DNA of 64,000 nucleotides from NCBI GenBank assembly GCA_045546695.1, contig JAZQDE010000008.1:27782-91781 (forward strand). Direction: 5' to 3'. The notes below the pieces were generated by a model. The model did no database searches. It saw nothing but the letters and a program-made list of their open reading frames with translations, and was not told the origin of the DNA. Shown here piece by piece: positions 60,298-64,000 of the stretch. The position numbers were made by a program, and so were the translations under genes. The DNA is from Clostridia bacterium (lineage in GTDB: Bacteria > Bacillota > Clostridia > UBA1212 > UBA1255). Positions within the stretch are counted from its first letter, which is position 1. The number at the start of each line of letters is the position of its first letter.

Positions 60298-60487
60298 ACA
60301 ATCACATCCTTTATGACATATTTTGGGAAGGTTCGTGATTTAATATGTGTGGCAATTCATGGAAAAAAAGCTTGTACTTTATTCCATAATGGTGTAAAGT
60401 GTGTAAGTCATCAATTGATGTACCGACAGTTCGTTTGTACCATCCTGTCGCAAATAAAAACCAGGACTGCTTACTATATAAATTTTT

Positions 60488-60532
60488 GTAGCCCTGCATA
60501 TTGATGCAAGGCTATTTTTTTTGAAAGGTATT
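60488..60532 (+). terminator. Intrinsic terminator/attenuator immediately upstream of the VUT transporter gene.
   Basis: 9/10-bp hairpin tagccctgca-tattga-tgcaaggcta followed by TTTTTTTT, 5 nt before the ATG at 60537. No + strand gene ends here, so it is a leader attenuator. Confidence 0.45.
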
Positions 60533-60536
60533 TAAA

Positions 60537-61274
60537 ATGTTTATACGCCGGGTAAAAAACGAAATAAATGAAACAAAAATCTTGTTGAGATCTATTCCTG
60601 CAACAGTTGTTTCTCTTTTTGTCGTAAGTGTAATATGTATGAATCTACTTGCAAACAAAACGCTTGTTCAAACTGAATGGATTGCCCTTGACGGCGGTAT
60701 TTTAGTATCGTGGCTTTCTTTTATGTGCATGGATATAATTACCAAATATTTCGGTCCGAAAGCCTCAAACAGAATTGCAATCCTTGCATCAGGTATAAAC
60801 CTTCTGACATGTCTGATTTTTTATATTGCAAGTATCATTCCGTCAAACGCTGATGATTACGCGGCTTTTGACAGGATTCTCGGAGGCACGTGGTTTATTC
60901 TGCTGGGAAGCACAATCGCATTCTTGTCTTCTGCGGTTATCAACAATTTTCTTAATTGGATAATCGGAAGTGCGTTCAGGAAGAATCCGGATGGAAAGGC
61001 CGCTTTTGCAACACGCACGTACGTTTCTACTTTTATCGGGCAATATCTCGACAATTTTATATTCTCAATAATTGTATTTGTTATATTCGCACCCATTTTC
61101 TGGAATGGTTTCCATTGGACTATTCTTCAATGCGCGATGTGTGCCCTTACTGGCGCAGTTGCCGAACTGATAATGGAAATCATCTTTTCACCGATTGGAT
61201 ATCGCACAGTAAAACGCTGGCAAAATAAAAAAATCGGTCAGGAATATCTGAATTTTGTTAAAAAGGAGCAGTAA
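60537..61274 (+). CDS. VUT-family (YhhQ-like, DUF165) queuosine-precursor transporter.
   Basis: 245 aa with 6 TM helices. The N-terminal pattern ...TVVSLFVVSVICMNLLANK... resembles YhhQ/Vut_1 proteins. Confidence 0.6.
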   Translation: MFIRRVKNEINETKILLRSIPATVVSLFVVSVICMNLLANKTLVQTEWIALDGGILVSWLSFMCMDIITKYFGPKASNRIAILASGINLLTCLIFYIASIIPSNADDYAAFDRILGGTWFILLGSTIAFLSSAVINNFLNWIIGSAFRKNPDGKAAFATRTYVSTFIGQYLDNFIFSIIVFVIFAPIFWNGFHWTILQCAMCALTGAVAELIMEIIFSPIGYRTVKRWQNKKIGQEYLNFVKKEQ

Positions 61275-61275
61275 T

Positions 61276-61926
61276 ATGAATGTTTTGATCACTGGTACAT
61301 CACAAGGAATCGGTCAGGCTATCGCAACAGCTTTTTTACGTGAAAATCACGTTGTATATGGTATCGACAGGCAAAAACAGACAATTTTTCACGATAATTA
61401 TATTCACTATTGTATGGATATTAGAGATTATGAATATTTGCCGGAAATTTCCAATCTGAACATTTTAATCAACAACGCAGGCACTCAGAACGAAGCAGAT
61501 ATTGATATCAATCTAAAAGCTTTAATTCATATAACTGAAAAATACGGAATTCAGGAAAACATTAAGTCAATTCTCAACATCGGCTCCGCAAGTGGACACA
61601 CCGGTTCTGAATTTCCGGAATATTGCGCGAGCAAAGGCGGTGTGCTGGCTTATACTAAAAATGTTGCAATGAGAGTCGCTGTATATGGAGCGACGTGCAA
61701 CAGTCTTGATCCGGGCGGCGTAATCACTCCTTTAAATGAATGCGTTATTAATGACGAAATTTTGTGGAAACAAATTATGGATGAGACTCCACTTAAAAAA
61801 TGGGCAACTACAGAAGAAATAGCTGACTGGGCATATTTTCTTACACTAAAAAATACTTTTTGCACAGGTCAGTGCATCGTCGTCGACGGCGGAGAGTCTA
61901 TAAACAGACATTTTATCTGGAAATAA
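61276..61926 (+). CDS. Short-chain dehydrogenase/reductase (SDR) family oxidoreductase.
   Basis: MNVLITGTSQGIGQAIA is the Rossmann TGxxxGIG motif. NNAG and the catalytic Y...K (YCASK) are present. Start moved to the ATG at 61276, which has RBS AAAGGAG. Confidence 0.7.
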   Translation: MNVLITGTSQGIGQAIATAFLRENHVVYGIDRQKQTIFHDNYIHYCMDIRDYEYLPEISNLNILINNAGTQNEADIDINLKALIHITEKYGIQENIKSILNIGSASGHTGSEFPEYCASKGGVLAYTKNVAMRVAVYGATCNSLDPGGVITPLNECVINDEILWKQIMDETPLKKWATTEEIADWAYFLTLKNTFCTGQCIVVDGGESINRHFIWK

Positions 61927-62061
61927 CTTACAAATCTCCTTTTCTGAAATATGTGATTTTGTCACAGACGGATATTACATTTACTGGTAAACTTACAAAC
62001 GTAAAGGTGATAAACCAATACAAATACACATAGATATTATAAAGAAAAGGAGATTTTTATT

Positions 62062-62736
62062 ATGAGCGAAACAAGAAATTATATGCCAATGATCGGTGAA
62101 GCAGCCCCCGCCTTTGAAGCTGTTACTACACAAGGAAAAATTAACTTCCCGGAGGATTATAAAGGAAAATGGGTTATCTTATTTTCACACCCTGCTGACT
62201 TCACACCTGTATGTACAACTGAATTCATGACTTTTGCCTCTATGGCTGATGAATTTAAAGCTATGAATACTGAGCTTATCGGCTTGTCGGTGGATTCACT
62301 TTACGCACATATCGCATGGCTCCGTAAGATTCAGGAGCTTAACTGGAAAGGTATGAAGAATATTGAGGTTAAGTTCCCTCTTATCGAAGACATCCGTATG
62401 GAAGTGGCAAACAAGTATGGTATGATTCAGCCCGGTCAGTCAAACCAGCAAGCTGTCAGAGCCGTATTTATCATCGACCCTAAAGGAATTATCCGCCTGA
62501 TTATCTACTACCCTCTTACAACAGGTCGTAATTTTGATGAGATCAAGCGTGTAATCCAGGCTCTTCAGAAAGCTGACGAAGATAACATCGCAACACCTGC
62601 TGACTGGCGTCCGGGAGATGACGTAATCGTTCCTACTGCAGGTAGCTGCGGCACTGCAAAGGACCGCATGGAAAATCAGACAGATGATCAATATTGCCTC
62701 GATTGGTTCATGTGCTTCAGAAGAGAAAAGAAATAA
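62062..62736 (+). CDS. Peroxiredoxin (AhpC/TSA family, probably 1-Cys/Prx6-like).
   Basis: Peroxidatic Cys motif FTPVCTTEF. Confidence 0.85.
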   Translation: MSETRNYMPMIGEAAPAFEAVTTQGKINFPEDYKGKWVILFSHPADFTPVCTTEFMTFASMADEFKAMNTELIGLSVDSLYAHIAWLRKIQELNWKGMKNIEVKFPLIEDIRMEVANKYGMIQPGQSNQQAVRAVFIIDPKGIIRLIIYYPLTTGRNFDEIKRVIQALQKADEDNIATPADWRPGDDVIVPTAGSCGTAKDRMENQTDDQYCLDWFMCFRREKK

Positions 62737-62750
62737 ATACATAAAAAGTT

Positions 62751-62780
62751 CAGGGCTGTAAATTACAGCCCTGTTTTTTA
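62751..62780. terminator. Bidirectional terminator between the peroxiredoxin and the convergent GNAT gene.
   Basis: cagggctgtaa-a-ttacagccctg hairpin followed by TTTTTT. Confidence 0.6.
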
Positions 62781-63269
62781 TAGTGTGCAATAATATGGAC
62801 AAATATCTTCATACGACCCGTCTTTTAGTCTGAAGCCGCCGGGTATTGTCCCGAGTTGTCTGAAACCCAATCGTTCATATAAATGACGCGCATGCACGTT
62901 TGTTTTCACGACCGCATTGAATTGTAAAATTAAAAAACCATGTATTTTTCCCTGCGTCATGCAATCAAGAACGAGCTTTTCACCAATATGAAGTCCCCTG
63001 CTTCCGGATTCAACAGCGTAGCTTGCGTTACAAATATGTCCGCATCTGCCGATATTATTCGGATGAAGGATATAAAGTCCCCGGATAGTGCCGGAATCTA
63101 CGTCCTGCGCAACACCGCAATACGTTTGCGAGGAAAAAAAAGCTTTACCTGTATCAATATCCAGTATTTCTTCCTGCGGAAAAGCAATACCTTCTTCAAC
63201 TATCTCATTCCATATTCTGTTCATCTCAGATATGTCTTCATCTTTATATTTACGAATTATCAGATTCAT
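62778..63269 (-). CDS. GNAT-family N-acetyltransferase.
   Basis: 163 aa with acetyl-CoA-binding-like region (...TQGKIHGFL...RHLYERLGF). Confidence 0.65.
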   Translation of the reverse strand: MNLIIRKYKDEDISEMNRIWNEIVEEGIAFPQEEILDIDTGKAFFSSQTYCGVAQDVDSGTIRGLYILHPNNIGRCGHICNASYAVESGSRGLHIGEKLVLDCMTQGKIHGFLILQFNAVVKTNVHARHLYERLGFRQLGTIPGGFRLKDGSYEDICPYYCTL

Positions 63270-64000
63270 TTTTTAAGACGCTCCGTAAAATCACTCATCA
63301 TTTCACTGATTTTAATATTCTGCGGGCAAACCGACTCACATGAGCGGCAACCGATGCATGCAGAAGGCTTCTTATCGTCCGGAAGCGATTTGATTACCAT
63401 TGGAGGCAGGAATCCACCGTTGAAATAAACATATTCGTTATACAATTCAATGATTTGTGGGATATTCAGTTCCATAGGACAATCTGTCACACAATAACGA
63501 CAGGCAGTACATGGAAGCATGTCCTTTTCTGTCATTTTTCTGGCAACTTCAAAAAGCTTCGTTTTCTCATCATCAGTCAGTGGCTTTTCACTCTCAAATG
63601 TTGCTATGTTTTCAGTAAGTTGTTGCATGTCGGACATACCAGAGAGTGTCATAACAACTTCAGGAATTGATTGTGTAAATCTGAAAGCCCATTCAGGCAC
63701 AGAAACAGGTCTTACAGCCTTTAACATTTCTTCGTATTCAGGCTCAAGGCGCGCCAGTTTGCCGCCGCGTACAGGTTCCATAACCCATACAGGCAGATTA
63801 TATTCATTCAGTAGATCAACTTTTCCTTTTGCATTCTGCACTTTCCAGTCAAGCCAGTTTAACTGAATCTGGCAAAATTCCATATCTTTCCCATACGCAT
63901 CAAGAAAACGCTTCATAGTCTCCAAAGTGCCATGCGTTGAAAAGCCAAGATGACGGATACGTCCGTTTTTCTTCTGTTCCACAAGATATTCATATACTCC
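63266..64000 (-). CDS. Aldo/keto reductase fused to a C-terminal 2x[4Fe-4S] ferredoxin domain. 5' part lies beyond the window end.
   Basis: The frame is open to nt 64000 (...GVYEYLVEQKKNGRIRHLGFSTHG resembles the AKR region). C-terminus has CTACRYCVTDCP and CIGCRSCESVCP. Confidence 0.6.
   Translation of the reverse strand, partial: GVYEYLVEQKKNGRIRHLGFSTHGTLETMKRFLDAYGKDMEFCQIQLNWLDWKVQNAKGKVDLLNEYNLPVWVMEPVRGGKLARLEPEYEEMLKAVRPVSVPEWAFRFTQSIPEVVMTLSGMSDMQQLTENIATFESEKPLTDDEKTKLFEVARKMTEKDMLPCTACRYCVTDCPMELNIPQIIELYNEYVYFNGGFLPPMVIKSLPDDKKPSACIGCRSCESVCPQNIKISEMMSDFTERLKK

Noticed and set aside
60311-60499. 62-aa minus-strand ORF in the divergent intergenic region upstream of the VUT transporter.
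   Set aside because: It has no RBS or coupling and overlaps the terminator hairpin. It is more likely non-coding leader or promoter DNA.
1-64000. Search for CRISPR arrays, IS elements, integrase-associated islands, and rRNA/tRNA genes.
   Set aside because: No regularly spaced direct repeats, no transposase-like ORF and no rRNA/tRNA-like sequence were seen. The single tyrosine recombinase (11504..12481) looks like a chromosomal XerC/D with a normal N-terminal core-binding region and no phage or IS neighbours, so it is not called a mobile element.

Overview
This looks like a low-GC Firmicutes (Clostridia-like) chromosomal segment that is mostly conserved housekeeping genes. No rRNA, tRNA, CRISPR array, transposase or prophage was found.

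Gene content:
- Translation and replication genes in recognisable order: rplS, glyA, rarA, nifS-nifU, efp, rpsT, ybeY-era-recO, comFC-recD2, tilS-hpt-ftsH, gdpP-rplI-dnaB, rpsF-ssb-rpsR, pepP, aroK, a four-subunit 2-oxoacid:ferredoxin oxidoreductase korDABC, trpB, cinA.
- Accessory genes: a surface protein with a Pro/Thr-rich linker, a GPH-family MFS symporter, a TetR regulator, a radical-SAM/SPASM enzyme, a sialate-O-acetylesterase-like lipoprotein, a GH38 alpha-mannosidase, a BspA-type LRR lipoprotein, a Ca/Mn-type P-type ATPase, a peroxiredoxin, a GNAT acetyltransferase.

cis-regulatory RNAs visible directly in the sequence:
- A clear T-box leader (AATTTAGGTGGCACCGCAG plus terminator) upstream of trpB.
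- A probable yybP-ykoY (Mn2+) riboswitch with terminator upstream of the P-type ATPase.
- A terminator/attenuator immediately upstream of a YhhQ/VUT-family transporter, which is a candidate preQ1-type riboswitch.
- A structured rplS leader.

Leads worth follow-up:
1. An AT-rich, translationally coupled cassette of three small uncharacterised proteins (coiled-coil, soluble, C-terminal TM) at 23.2-24.2 kb.
2. An extremely acidic, Cys-cluster-rich zinc-ribbon protein translationally linked to efp.
3. An AddB-like (Walker A plus RecB-nuclease plus CX2CX5C Fe-S) protein of about 986 aa with no AddA partner, embedded in a recO-yhaM cluster.
4. An anSME-type rSAM/SPASM enzyme beside a TetR regulator and an MFS symporter, with no sulfatase or precursor gene visible.

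All product calls rest on motifs I recognise by eye. No database search was run.
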